DNA from: an uncultured Prochlorococcus sp.
GTDB taxonomy: Bacteria > Cyanobacteriota > Cyanobacteriia > PCC-6307 > Cyanobiaceae
Reading direction: 5' to 3'
DNA: 64,000 nt
Assembly (NCBI RefSeq): GCF_902626525.1
Contig: NZ_CACOFR010000004.1
Coordinates: 2,525 to 66,524, forward strand
The position numbers and the translations under genes were made by a program. The notes below the pieces were generated by a model. It saw nothing but the letters and a program-made list of their open reading frames with translations. It made no database searches and was not told the DNA's origin. This document shows, piece by piece, positions 1-8,867 of the stretch (position 1 is the first letter of the stretch; the number at the start of each line of letters is the position of its first letter).

Positions 1-63
1 TACAGACATTTACTGATAAATTAACTACTTACTGTTAGCTTTCTTTTAGATATAAATATTTAA

Positions 64-255
64 ATGACCCCGATAATAAGAACAAAAAAAGGCGCTTGGT
101 TTTTAGGAGTCTGTAAAGGTCTCGAGAAATCAAATAGAGGGAATGCCTTACTCTGGCGTTTAGTTTTTTTTGTAGGCGCTTGTTTCACTTTTGGAATACC
201 AATTTTGATTTATCTTGGACTAGCAGTAGCGTTCCCAATCGAAAAAGCTAAGTGA
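64..255 (+). CDS. PspC-domain small membrane protein
   Basis: 63-aa ORF. The N-terminal KGAWFLGVCKGL motif resembles the PspC domain (GVCxGL) and is followed by one hydrophobic helix. Confidence 0.5.
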   Translation: MTPIIRTKKGAWFLGVCKGLEKSNRGNALLWRLVFFVGACFTFGIPILIYLGLAVAFPIEKAK

Positions 256-347
256 ATATTTAGTAAATTTTGTTGAAAATATAATTACTCCTTACAATTA
301 ATCTCCTCAGATATTTTTGTGCACTTTCGTACACTTAATAAACAAGA

Positions 348-375
348 AAGGGATTAGCTTTTCAATTAATCCCTT
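348..375 (-). terminator. Intrinsic terminator-like hairpin downstream of pyrC and the tRNA-like element
   Basis: On the minus strand, AAGGGATTA-(10 nt loop)-TAATCCCTT forms a 9-bp stem and is followed by TCTTGTTTATT. Confidence 0.5.
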
Positions 376-402
376 CCACAATCTTCCACAATCTTCATCA
401 AT
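373..402. repeat. Tandem 10-nt repeat: CTTCCACAAT x2 plus a degenerate third unit CTTCATCAAT
   Basis: Read directly from the sequence. Units lie at 373-382, 383-392 and 393-402. Each perfect unit contains TTCCACA. Confidence 0.85.
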
Positions 403-408
403 TTCGTA

Positions 409-451
409 CGAATTTTAAGTCCGGCGCGTCTACCAATTCCGCCAAACTCCC
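409..451 (-). pseudogene. tRNA-Leu(UAA)-like 5' half (acceptor 5' strand, D-arm, anticodon arm) with no 3' half
   Basis: The minus strand reads GGGAGTT-TG-GCGGAATTGGTAGACGCG-CCGGA-CTTAAAA-TTCGT. The D-arm is canonical tRNA-Leu. No T-arm or AACTCCC acceptor complement occurs downstream. Confidence 0.5.
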
Positions 452-551
452 AAAAGGAATTAGAGCATTTTACCGTAACCGAAGGGACCCCATTTAACCA
501 ACTTAATTTTAATATTTAAACTTTTCTTGTATGGTCCTATTAAATTTTTTT

Positions 552-1601
552 TTAATTTATTATGCCATCAATTTCCCATTTTAAAGTTTCACCTGAGTGA
601 AAAGGTTTTATTTGCCCAACAATATTTTTTTCTTCAACAACATCTATAAATTCTGCAATTTTATTAGGTCTAGATACTATTTTTAATTTTTCTTTATTAG
701 GAGGTAAATTATAAAAATTAGGGCCATTCAAACTTGCAAACTTCTCAAAATTATCAAGAGAATTTTCCTCTTCAAATACTGTTAAATAGCTTTCTATCGC
801 AACTGGCGAATTAAAAATGCCTGCGCAACCGCAAAAAGCTTTCCACTTTCTAAGGTGTGGGGCAGAGTCAGTACCCAAGAAAAAACATTCTTTCCCGCTT
901 GTTGCAGCTTTTATTAAGGCCAATCTATTATTTTCCCTCTTAGCAACTGGTAAGCAGTAAAAATCGCTATTTAATCCTCCAAAAAACATTGCATTTCTAT
1001 TTATATGTAAATGATGCGGAGTTATAGTAGCTCCAATGTAATTTTGTTGAACAAAATCCACTGCATAAGAGGTGGTTATATGTTCTAAAACTATTTTTAA
1101 TTTTGGAAATCTTACAACTATTGGAGAGAGTTCTCTATCTATAAAAACTTCTTCTCTATCAAATACATCTACGTCAGAATCAGTCACTTCCCCATGAATT
1201 AAAAGCGGCATTCCATTATCTTCCATTGATTCAAAGATCTTATATAGATTTTCTATTCTCTTAACTCCATGACTAGAATTTGTTGTAGCATTAGCAGGAT
1301 ATAGTTTTGCCGCAAAAAAGACATTATTTTTGAAACCATTTATTAGTTCTTCTTTATCAGTATCATCAGTAAGATACATAGTCATTAATGGTTCAAAGCT
1401 AGAACCTTCTGGTAATGATTCAAGAATAGATTTCTTATAAAAATTTGCACTATCAATGGATGTTATTGGAGTTTTAGTATTTGGCATGATGACAGCTCTC
1501 CCAAAATATTCTGAAGTGAAATGAATAATATTTTTTAATACGAGGCCCTCTCTCAAATGTAAATGCCAATCATCAGGTTTTAATATGGTTAATGTCTTCA
1601 A
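552..1601 (-). CDS. pyrC: Dihydroorotase (E. coli-type, class II)
   Basis: N-terminal PDDWHLHLREG and AVIMPNT motifs match PyrC. 349 aa, TTG start. Confidence 0.9.
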   Translation of the reverse strand: MKTLTILKPDDWHLHLREGLVLKNIIHFTSEYFGRAVIMPNTKTPITSIDSANFYKKSILESLPEGSSFEPLMTMYLTDDTDKEELINGFKNNVFFAAKLYPANATTNSSHGVKRIENLYKIFESMEDNGMPLLIHGEVTDSDVDVFDREEVFIDRELSPIVVRFPKLKIVLEHITTSYAVDFVQQNYIGATITPHHLHINRNAMFFGGLNSDFYCLPVAKRENNRLALIKAATSGKECFFLGTDSAPHLRKWKAFCGCAGIFNSPVAIESYLTVFEEENSLDNFEKFASLNGPNFYNLPPNKEKLKIVSRPNKIAEFIDVVEEKNIVGQIKPFHSGETLKWEIDGIIN

Positions 1602-1616
1602 AATTTTTACTATTTA

Positions 1617-1645
1617 GTCAATTTTAACAGCAAATTAAAATTGAC
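1617..1645. promoter_or_regulatory. Perfect 11-bp inverted repeat in the pyrC leader / divergent promoter region
   Basis: GTCAATTTTAA (1617-1627) and TTAAAATTGAC (1635-1645) are separated by a 7-nt spacer, 16 nt upstream of the pyrC TTG start. Confidence 0.4.
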
Positions 1646-1720
1646 AATAAATTATAGATATTCGAGGATAGTTATTAATCAATTATTCAAGATTAAATTA
1701 TCTAAAAAAAACCCTTAAAT

Positions 1721-2800
1721 ATGAGTGATCTTTTAATTCCCATAATAGAAATAATATTAGGAATAATTTTTCTTTTTGCAGGAGGAGAGTTCTTTATTCA
1801 AGGAGCCATAAATTTATCTTTAATTTTAGGAATACCTCAAATAGTAATTGGATTAACAGTTGTCTCACTCGGGACAAGCTCTCCTGAGTTCTTAGTAAGT
1901 TTAAGTTCAATTTTAAAAGGTAGTGATTCGCTTGCGGCTAGCAATGTAATAGGAAGCAATATTTTCAACGTTCTTGTAGTTTTAGGTATAAGCTCATTAA
2001 TAACACCTCTTAAGGTAAAAAGCAGAATAGTCAGAAGAGATGTACCTCTTTTAATGGCTATTTCTTGTGCTGTATGGGCAATGTCATCAACAGGCTTGTT
2101 AACGTTTCAAGCAGGTATTTTTCTAATATTTTGTTTAATCTTAAATACAATTTGGGAAATCAATACCATCAACGAGAAAGAAGAAGATACAAAAGATGCT
2201 GAACCACAGATAGAAATATTCAACGATGACAATAAAAGGAAGCCAAATATTTTACTAAAGTTAATTTTGGGTATATTTCTTTTAAGTTTTGGTTCAAATA
2301 TTTTAGTAAGTGGTTCTCAAACGCTTGCTAAACTTTTAGGGGTAAATGAAATTGTTATTGGTTTAACTATTCTTGCAACTGGAACATCTTTGCCAGAATT
2401 AGTAACTTCAATAATTGCAGCATTTAAAGGTAAAACAGATCTTGCGATTGGGAATGTAATAGGAAGCAATTTACTCAATCAACTTCTTATTCTTGGAAGT
2501 TGCAGTATTTTTTCAGGATTTAAAGGTTTAGTAATTGAACAAAGCTTAATAAAAGTTGACCTGCCTTTTATGATTTTAACTACCTTTGCATGCTTACCAA
2601 TTTTTTGGAGCAAAGGGAAAATCACCAGAATTGAAGGATTTATTTTGCTTAATCTTTATATTTTTTACATTCTCGATAAGATACTCTTTTTAAATGGATT
2701 TAATTATCTTTATGAATTAAGGATAGGTTTATTTATTTATTTTTCATTACTTATCCTGTTTCTCTTTGCTCAAGAAAAATTAAGATTTTCTAAATCATAA
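1721..2800 (+). CDS. CaCA-family Na+/Ca2+ antiporter (YrbG-like)
   Basis: Polytopic membrane protein with two alpha-repeats: GTSSPEF...SNVIGSNIFN and GTSLPEL...GNVIGSNLLN. Confidence 0.8.
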   Translation: MSDLLIPIIEIILGIIFLFAGGEFFIQGAINLSLILGIPQIVIGLTVVSLGTSSPEFLVSLSSILKGSDSLAASNVIGSNIFNVLVVLGISSLITPLKVKSRIVRRDVPLLMAISCAVWAMSSTGLLTFQAGIFLIFCLILNTIWEINTINEKEEDTKDAEPQIEIFNDDNKRKPNILLKLILGIFLLSFGSNILVSGSQTLAKLLGVNEIVIGLTILATGTSLPELVTSIIAAFKGKTDLAIGNVIGSNLLNQLLILGSCSIFSGFKGLVIEQSLIKVDLPFMILTTFACLPIFWSKGKITRIEGFILLNLYIFYILDKILFLNGFNYLYELRIGLFIYFSLLILFLFAQEKLRFSKS

Positions 2801-2802
2801 TA

Positions 2803-4182
2803 CTAACCATACATAGTGACAAATTCTTCTGAGATAGTTGGATGCAAAGCCATAGTATTATCAAAATCTTTTTTGGTAATACCTGCGTTTAAGGCGATTG
2901 ATACCATTTGAATAATCTCAGATGATGTTTCGCCAAACATATGGCATCCTAATACTTTGTCAGTTAGCTTATTAACTACAATCTTTAACATACACTTTGA
3001 TTTTTTCTCTTTAAAAGTATTAGACATAGGTGTAAATTTACATTTAAAAATCTTTATATTTTTCTCAGAGTAAACCTCTTTCGCTCTTTTCTCACTCAAA
3101 CCAACTGTTGAAATTTCAGGAATAGTGAAAACTGCCTTTGGAATATTTTCATAATTAACTTTTCTTTTTTGATCATTAAAAAAATTATCCGAAAAAACTC
3201 TACCTTGTTCAATTGCTACTGGAGTTAAGTTTGGTCTATTTATAATATCACCAACCGCAAAAATATTTGCGTTGCTTGTTTGATTAAGTTCGTTAACCTC
3301 TAAATATGGTCCATCCATCTTTAAATTTAAAAAATCTAAATTTAAAGGCAAAAGATTTGGCTCTCTTCCTGCAGCAATAAGGATATTATTACTTAGAATT
3401 TTAACCCCAGAATCTAAAGTAGAAACCAAATTCCCATTTACTCTCTCGATAGACTTTAATTGAGTTTTGGAGATTATATTTATTCCAGCAAAAGTAGGTG
3501 ATTCTTCTAAGCATGAAGACAGATCCTCATCAAAACCATTCAGTAAATTTTGACCTCTAATTACTTGAGTTACTTCAATACCTAAATTCTTGAAAATAGA
3601 AGCAAACTCACAGGCAATATATCCTCCTCCAACAATTAATATTGATTCGGGAAACTTTTCTAATTCAAAAATATCATCACTTGTCCATGCCAAATCTATT
3701 CCAGGAATATTTAATTTCTTTGCTTTACCTCCAACTGAAATAAGAATTTTTTTGGAAGTTATTTTTTTTATGATTTTTTTTGTTCTTGGACAAATTATTT
3801 CTAATTCATTTTGAGTAATGAATCTTCCTAATCCCTCAAAAATAGTTACATTAAATTTATTTAGAGAATCTTTATGTAAATTACTTAATCTGGTAACTTC
3901 TTTTCTAACATTCTCCAATAAGATATTTGATTCAAAACTAATGCCTTCACTTCTCAATCCATATCCTTCAGAACAAGTCATATTTTTTTTTCTTTGAGCT
4001 GCAAAAACCATTAATTTTTTAGGGACACATCCCCTTATTACACAAGTTCCTCCTATTCTATTTACTTCTATGATTGCAACTTTTGCTCCATAACTTGCAG
4101 CACGCTTAGCCGCAGCCAGTCCCCCAGATCCAGCGCCAACAACAATTAAATCAAATTGAAATTCCAAGATTTTTTTAATCAA
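2803..4182 (-). CDS. gor: Glutathione-disulfide reductase
   Basis: GAGSGG FAD fold, redox-active GGTCVIRGCVPKK, and C-terminal HPTISEEFVTM. Confidence 0.9.
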   Translation of the reverse strand: MIKKILEFQFDLIVVGAGSGGLAAAKRAASYGAKVAIIEVNRIGGTCVIRGCVPKKLMVFAAQRKKNMTCSEGYGLRSEGISFESNILLENVRKEVTRLSNLHKDSLNKFNVTIFEGLGRFITQNELEIICPRTKKIIKKITSKKILISVGGKAKKLNIPGIDLAWTSDDIFELEKFPESILIVGGGYIACEFASIFKNLGIEVTQVIRGQNLLNGFDEDLSSCLEESPTFAGINIISKTQLKSIERVNGNLVSTLDSGVKILSNNILIAAGREPNLLPLNLDFLNLKMDGPYLEVNELNQTSNANIFAVGDIINRPNLTPVAIEQGRVFSDNFFNDQKRKVNYENIPKAVFTIPEISTVGLSEKRAKEVYSEKNIKIFKCKFTPMSNTFKEKKSKCMLKIVVNKLTDKVLGCHMFGETSSEIIQMVSIALNAGITKKDFDNTMALHPTISEEFVTMYG

Positions 4183-4218
4183 TTATTATATTCTAAGTTT
4201 ATATCTTCAATCTAAAAA

Positions 4219-5454
4219 ATGAATGAGATTTTGACATGGGGAGAATTGAGTAAATATGAAATTGAAGATTTTGATAGAATTAATGGTATTAATAATTCCT
4301 ACTCAAATTTAAGATTATTTGGACATACTGAAAATGATGTATTAGTCACTCTATATAGAGATAGGCATTCTTGGTGTCCTTATTGCCAAAAGATATGGTT
4401 ATGGCTTGAATTCAAAAGAATTCCATACAGAGTAAAAAAAATAAATATGTTTTGCTATGGCCAAAAAGAAATTTGGTTCCTTGATAAAGTCAGATCGGGT
4501 AAATTACCTGCAATTGAATTCAAAGGGCAAGTTATAACTGAGAGCGATAGTATAATAGCTTTTTTAGAAAATGAATTTGGAGCACTAGGATCTTTTATAA
4601 CATCAATTGAACTTAGAGAAATTCGAGAATTAGAAAGAGAAATTTTTAGATCTTGGTGCAATTGGCTTTGCAGAGAAAGCCTTAATTTTATAGACAACTC
4701 TTTTAGAAAAAAAAGATTTAAAGAATCAATCTCAAAATTTGATGAAATCTTGAAAAGATCAAAATCAGGGTTTATTGATCCAACAATATCTACTACAGGT
4801 GAGATAGAGCCTGGTGTTGGAGATATAATTTTTATACCTTATATGGAGAGGATGAATGCTTCTTTAATTTACTATAAAGGGTTTAATTTAAGATCTAATT
4901 ACCGTTATGTTCATAACTGGCTTACTCTTTTTGAAGGCACAAGTGCTTATAGAGGTACTCAAGGAGATTTTCATACTCACTCTCATGATTTACCTCCTCA
5001 AATGGGCGGCTGTTACAAAGAAAGTAATGAGCAACAGATAGCTTTTTCTAATTCAATAGATTCTGGGGAAGGTCTTGGTATTTTTGAATTAAATAAAAAT
5101 TATGATGCGAAATATTACGCTAGATTTGCTCTCAAAAGGGTAATAAAGCATAAAGATAGTTTAATAAAAGTAAATCCATACGATAAAGAATTATTCGAAC
5201 AATCATTGAGATCTGCATTGACAAATATGATCACAGGTGAAATAAGAATCCCTAAGAAACTCTCAGGAAAATCTCTGAGCTATTTAAAAAATAGGATATC
5301 AGTTCCAAGAGATATGCCTATTATTTCTGCTCGGTTATTAAGGCAATCATTAAATAAAATTGAATTATTAAGTGGCATCAATAAAACAGATAAGATACCT
5401 CTCACGCATAGATACGATCAAGATCCTAGAAATTTCATTTATAAAGAACTATAA
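4219..5454 (+). CDS. Glutaredoxin/GST-N-like protein with a CPYC motif and a large uncharacterised C-terminal region
   Basis: [21 protein letters not shown] has a thioredoxin-fold GST_N/Grx signature. The remaining ~300 aa are not recognisable. Confidence 0.55.
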   Translation: MNEILTWGELSKYEIEDFDRINGINNSYSNLRLFGHTENDVLVTLYRDRHSWCPYCQKIWLWLEFKRIPYRVKKINMFCYGQKEIWFLDKVRSGKLPAIEFKGQVITESDSIIAFLENEFGALGSFITSIELREIRELEREIFRSWCNWLCRESLNFIDNSFRKKRFKESISKFDEILKRSKSGFIDPTISTTGEIEPGVGDIIFIPYMERMNASLIYYKGFNLRSNYRYVHNWLTLFEGTSAYRGTQGDFHTHSHDLPPQMGGCYKESNEQQIAFSNSIDSGEGLGIFELNKNYDAKYYARFALKRVIKHKDSLIKVNPYDKELFEQSLRSALTNMITGEIRIPKKLSGKSLSYLKNRISVPRDMPIISARLLRQSLNKIELLSGINKTDKIPLTHRYDQDPRNFIYKEL

Positions 5455-6843
5455 ATTTTTTCTTGAATCTATTTGAAGTAAATCTCTTATTTTTTGCACT
5501 TGACTTGCAATATTAGGATCAATAGACAATTTTTTTTCAACTTGTTCAATAGCATACATAACCGTTGTATGGTCTTTGCCTCCAAATTCATCTCCTATTC
5601 TTGGCAGGCTTAGATCGGTTCCATGCCTCATAAGATACATTCCTATTTGTCTAGCTTGACTTACTGGTTTTCTTCTACTTGAACTAGTCAATTCATCAGT
5701 TGAAACTTTAAAGTAATCTGACACTTTTTTAATAACTTGTTTTGGAGTAACAACTACTCCTACACTATTTGGATCGAGCATTGGAGCAATAGATTGAACT
5801 GTCATTGGCAAGCCTGTTATTGAAGCGAAAGCAACAGCTCTAGTAAATGCTCCTTCTAATTCTCTTATATTCGAAGTAAATCTTCCTGCTATAAATTGAA
5901 TTAAATCTCTTGGAAGACTCATACTTTCTTGTTCTGCTTTTTTTTGAAGAATGGCCGTCCTCGTCTCAAGGTCAGGCGGTTGAATATCTGCAGTCATGCC
6001 CATTGAGAATCTAGAAATAAGTCTCTCCTGTATTCCCGCTAATTGACTTGGAGGTCTATCACTTGCAATAACTATTTGACTTCCTGATTCATGAAGAGCA
6101 TTAAAAGTATGAAAAAATTCTTCCTGTGTGTACTCTTTACCTTCTAAGAACTGTATATCATCTATTAAGATCAAATCTACATTTCTATACTTATCTCTAA
6201 TAGCTGTCATACCATCTCTTCTAATACCACTAATAACATCGTTTGTAAAAGTCTCTGTAGATACATATTTGACTTTTGCTTCTGGATCTATTTCTACTCG
6301 ATAATGACCTATTGCTTGCATTAAATGAGTTTTACCAAGACCTACTCCACCACAAATAAATAATGGATTGAATTCTCTGCCAGGAGATTCGGCAACTGCT
6401 AAAGCTGCGGCATGAGCCAACCTACTATTTGGACCTACAACAAATCTTTTAAATACGTAACGTAAATTTAGACCATTAGAATTTTTGGATCGATTTTTTG
6501 AAGAATTATCTTGGCTATTATTTGAAAAAGAATTTGTTTTATGATTAATGTTCTTTAAATTTAGGTTTTCTTTATTAGTCAAATCACTACTGGTATTTGT
6601 TTCAGATTTAAAGACAACTTTTACATCATGACCACAAATTTCTTTTGCAGCTTTTTCTATTGTTTCGCAATAATTCTTTCTTAACCAATCACTTGAAAAT
6701 GTATTAGGAGCAATTAAGGTCAATAAGCCATTCTCAAAGCAATTAAATTTAGCCGGCCTTATCCATGTCTCGAATGAAGGCTTACTTAAAGTTTTTTGTA
6801 GTAATTGTTGAACTTCCGCCCAAATAGGATTAGTTGCTTGCAA
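5449..6843 (-). CDS. dnaA: Chromosomal replication initiator DnaA
   Basis: AAA+ Walker [23 protein letters not shown], and a C-terminal DnaA-box-binding domain ([11 protein letters not shown]). TTG start. Confidence 0.95.
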   Translation of the reverse strand: MQATNPIWAEVQQLLQKTLSKPSFETWIRPAKFNCFENGLLTLIAPNTFSSDWLRKNYCETIEKAAKEICGHDVKVVFKSETNTSSDLTNKENLNLKNINHKTNSFSNNSQDNSSKNRSKNSNGLNLRYVFKRFVVGPNSRLAHAAALAVAESPGREFNPLFICGGVGLGKTHLMQAIGHYRVEIDPEAKVKYVSTETFTNDVISGIRRDGMTAIRDKYRNVDLILIDDIQFLEGKEYTQEEFFHTFNALHESGSQIVIASDRPPSQLAGIQERLISRFSMGMTADIQPPDLETRTAILQKKAEQESMSLPRDLIQFIAGRFTSNIRELEGAFTRAVAFASITGLPMTVQSIAPMLDPNSVGVVVTPKQVIKKVSDYFKVSTDELTSSSRRKPVSQARQIGMYLMRHGTDLSLPRIGDEFGGKDHTTVMYAIEQVEKKLSIDPNIASQVQKIRDLLQIDSRKNL

Positions 6844-6854
6844 AGTTTTAATCT

Positions 6855-6871
6855 GTAGATTATTAATCTAC
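6855..6871. promoter_or_regulatory. 17-nt perfect palindrome GTAGATTATTAATCTAC just upstream of the dnaA start
   Basis: 8-bp arms around a single central nucleotide, 12 nt upstream of the dnaA TTG codon. Confidence 0.3.
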
Positions 6872-7013
6872 TTGGAATTTAATAATTGGCCATTATCAAA
6901 TCAAAAGATCACAACAAATTTAAAAATTTTTAACAAAGCATGTTCTAATTTTAATCAGAATAAATTTTATATTTTTTTATAAGCATATAATTATTATAAA
7001 TCACACATAGGAA

Positions 7014-7649
7014 TTGGATAGAGCATTACTTATTATCATGGCAAAATGGCATGGTTTTGGAAGATGTAAAACAAGATTGTCGAAAGATATAGGTAAAAGT
7101 AATTCGGCAAAAGTACAAAGAGTGATGACCAACCACACTATTTCCGTAGCCAAATCTCTCCAAAAAATTAAAATAATTGATATTTCTATAGCTATAACTG
7201 GTTTAGGGAAAAAAAATTGTAGAAGATGGTCTAAAGAATTAGGCATTAAAAAGTTTAATTTACAAGGGAAAGGCTGCCTAGGAGAAAGAATGAAAAGGCA
7301 AATATTTATAAACAAAAAATTTTGTACTCAAAATAAGATTAAAAATATTATTTTTATTGGTACTGACCTCCCAGATTTGTGCCATTTAGATATATTAAAT
7401 ACTATAAATGAGCTAAAACAAAATGATCTTATTTTAGGGCCTTCTAATGATGGAGGTTATTGGCTTATTGGTTTGTCAGAGAGAATATTATCTAAACATC
7501 TAAATTTACCTTTTATCAAAATAAGTTGGAGCAAAGAAAATGTACTTCAAAATACAATTGATAATTTTGCTACTACTGACTTGAAATATAAGTTTTTAGA
7601 TAAAAAAATAGATATAGATACAATAATTGACATTGAAAATAGAAAGTAA
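7014..7649 (+). CDS. DUF2064-family nucleotidyl/glycosyl-transferase-like protein
   Basis: The AKWHGFGRCKTRL and LGPSNDGGYWLIG motifs are typical of DUF2064. TTG start. Confidence 0.6.
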   Translation: MDRALLIIMAKWHGFGRCKTRLSKDIGKSNSAKVQRVMTNHTISVAKSLQKIKIIDISIAITGLGKKNCRRWSKELGIKKFNLQGKGCLGERMKRQIFINKKFCTQNKIKNIIFIGTDLPDLCHLDILNTINELKQNDLILGPSNDGGYWLIGLSERILSKHLNLPFIKISWSKENVLQNTIDNFATTDLKYKFLDKKIDIDTIIDIENRK

Positions 7650-7654
7650 TCAAT

Positions 7655-8365
7655 TTGACTAAAATCTCAATAATCATTCCAACAATTAATGAAGCAAATA
7701 ATTTGCCACTATTGCTTTCAGACTTGTCGATTCTTAAGGAAGTTGGAGAAATTCTTATTATTGATGGTGGAAGTGAAGATAGAACTGTTGATATAGCAAA
7801 AATTTATGGTGCGAAAGTATACAAATCTAAAGAAAGAAATCGAGGTCTTCAATTAAATATTGGAGCTGAGAATTCAAAAGGACACTGGTTCATATTTTTA
7901 CACGCTGATACTAGAATAAAACATGATTGGTTGACGAAAATAAAATCAATTTCAAAAGGAAACAAAAATTATATTTACTATTTTAAATTTAAAATCAATC
8001 ACAAAAACCAAATTTTCAGGTTATTAGAATTTCTTGTTAATTTTAGGAGCAAATATTTTAAAACGCCCTACGGAGACCAAGGTTTAATAATTCATAGATC
8101 TACTTATTTTAAGAATAATGGTTTTAGAAAAATTCCTTTAATGGAGGATGTAGATTTTTTAAGGAGATTGAATAATAAAAAAGATTTGAAGAGAATAAAT
8201 TTACCCATTTTTACAAGTCCACGGAAATGGGAAAGAACTAATATTTTTCTCCAAGCACTAAAGAACTGGAACTTTAGAAGAAGATGGTTAAAAGGCGAAT
8301 CGACAAAATCTATTTATTCTGACTACTACAAAAAATTTAATTTGCATACCAAAAAGCGCATTTAG
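7655..8365 (+). CDS. Family 2 glycosyltransferase
   Basis: ISIIIPTINE, DGGSEDRT and FLHADT motifs indicate a GT-A fold. TTG start. Directly follows the DUF2064 gene. Confidence 0.7.
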   Translation: MTKISIIIPTINEANNLPLLLSDLSILKEVGEILIIDGGSEDRTVDIAKIYGAKVYKSKERNRGLQLNIGAENSKGHWFIFLHADTRIKHDWLTKIKSISKGNKNYIYYFKFKINHKNQIFRLLEFLVNFRSKYFKTPYGDQGLIIHRSTYFKNNGFRKIPLMEDVDFLRRLNNKKDLKRINLPIFTSPRKWERTNIFLQALKNWNFRRRWLKGESTKSIYSDYYKKFNLHTKKRI

Positions 8366-8867
8366 AACCTCTTGGTTCCAATATCCAGCCTTGTCTTTTG
8401 TAAAATGTAACCACTTCTGCATCAGCAAAAAGAGTAACTTTGGAAATACCAATATTTTTTAATTCTTTTAATATATATTTCATTAACTCTTTTCCCAATC
8501 CTTGTCCTTGATAGACAGGATTAACTGCCACGTCCCATACTGTTGCTTCTAAAATTCCATCCCCAGTACATCTCGCAAATCCTACTAGCCTTGGAAATTT
8601 ATCATCATGACGCCATAAACTAACCACCAAAATACTAAAATCCAAAGCTCTTTTAACTCTCCTTATTGGTCTTCTGCTCCAACCTACAGTTTGCAAAAGT
8701 TGATCTAACTCTATTAGATCTAACTCTTTACTTTTACTGCATACAAATATTTCATTTTTGTTTTTTTGAGTGAATTCATAAGAATTTAAACCATAGATTT
8801 CCATAAGTTCGTCTCTCGATATACTATTCGATTTTTTTATTGATGATCCTTGGTTTCTAAAAATCAT
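8337..8867 (-). CDS. GNAT-family N-acetyltransferase
   Basis: V..YQGQGLGKELM is the acetyl-CoA-binding motif A. Its start overlaps the ABC gene stop (TAATG). Confidence 0.75.
   Translation of the reverse strand: MIFRNQGSSIKKSNSISRDELMEIYGLNSYEFTQKNKNEIFVCSKSKELDLIELDQLLQTVGWSRRPIRRVKRALDFSILVVSLWRHDDKFPRLVGFARCTGDGILEATVWDVAVNPVYQGQGLGKELMKYILKELKNIGISKVTLFADAEVVTFYKRQGWILEPRGSKCAFWYAN

Noticed and set aside
373-402. The tandem decamers as a CRISPR or minisatellite array.
   Set aside because: There are only about 3 contiguous 10-nt units with no spacers. This is far too short and lacks the CRISPR repeat-spacer architecture. No cas genes are in the window.
1-451. A group I intron, or a permuted or split gene, as the explanation for the half tRNA-Leu(UAA).
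   Set aside because: The cyanobacterial tRNA-Leu intron interrupts the anticodon (U/AA) and carries conserved P7/P3 core sequences. Here the loop CTTAAAA is uninterrupted. No intron core and no 3' exon (T-arm, AACTCCC) is visible in the 410 nt downstream, which instead encodes a plus-strand PspC-like ORF. A 3' half beyond the window edge cannot be excluded.
3590-3814. ORFs of 60-130 aa lying antisense to or inside well-supported genes: 3590-3814, 4455-4697, 7001-7315, 9105-9428, 11023-11256, 13475-13708, 16609-16887, 18044-18241, 18174-18533, 18944-19174, 20103-20417, 22526-22750, 26271-26504, 28646-29035, 30217-30414, 32203-32415, 33514-33735, 36126-36317, 36406-36669, 36907-37158, 37746-37928, 38232-38414, 41543-41737, 44776-44973, 45269-45550, 46024-46335, 48815-49015, 50807-51118, 52562-52753, 54321-54512, 58002-58298, 60605-60811, 61374-61556, 61972-62172 and 62987-63361.
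   Set aside because: Each is fully embedded in a gene with clear family motifs in another frame or on the other strand. The translations are low-complexity (S/L/F/I-rich) with no recognisable motif. This is the normal by-product of AT-rich coding sequence.
6844-7013. The region upstream of dnaA as the replication origin.
   Set aside because: No cluster of DnaA-box-like 9-mers and no obvious AT-rich unwinding repeats beyond the background AT-richness. In this lineage oriC is expected next to dnaN, which is not in the window.
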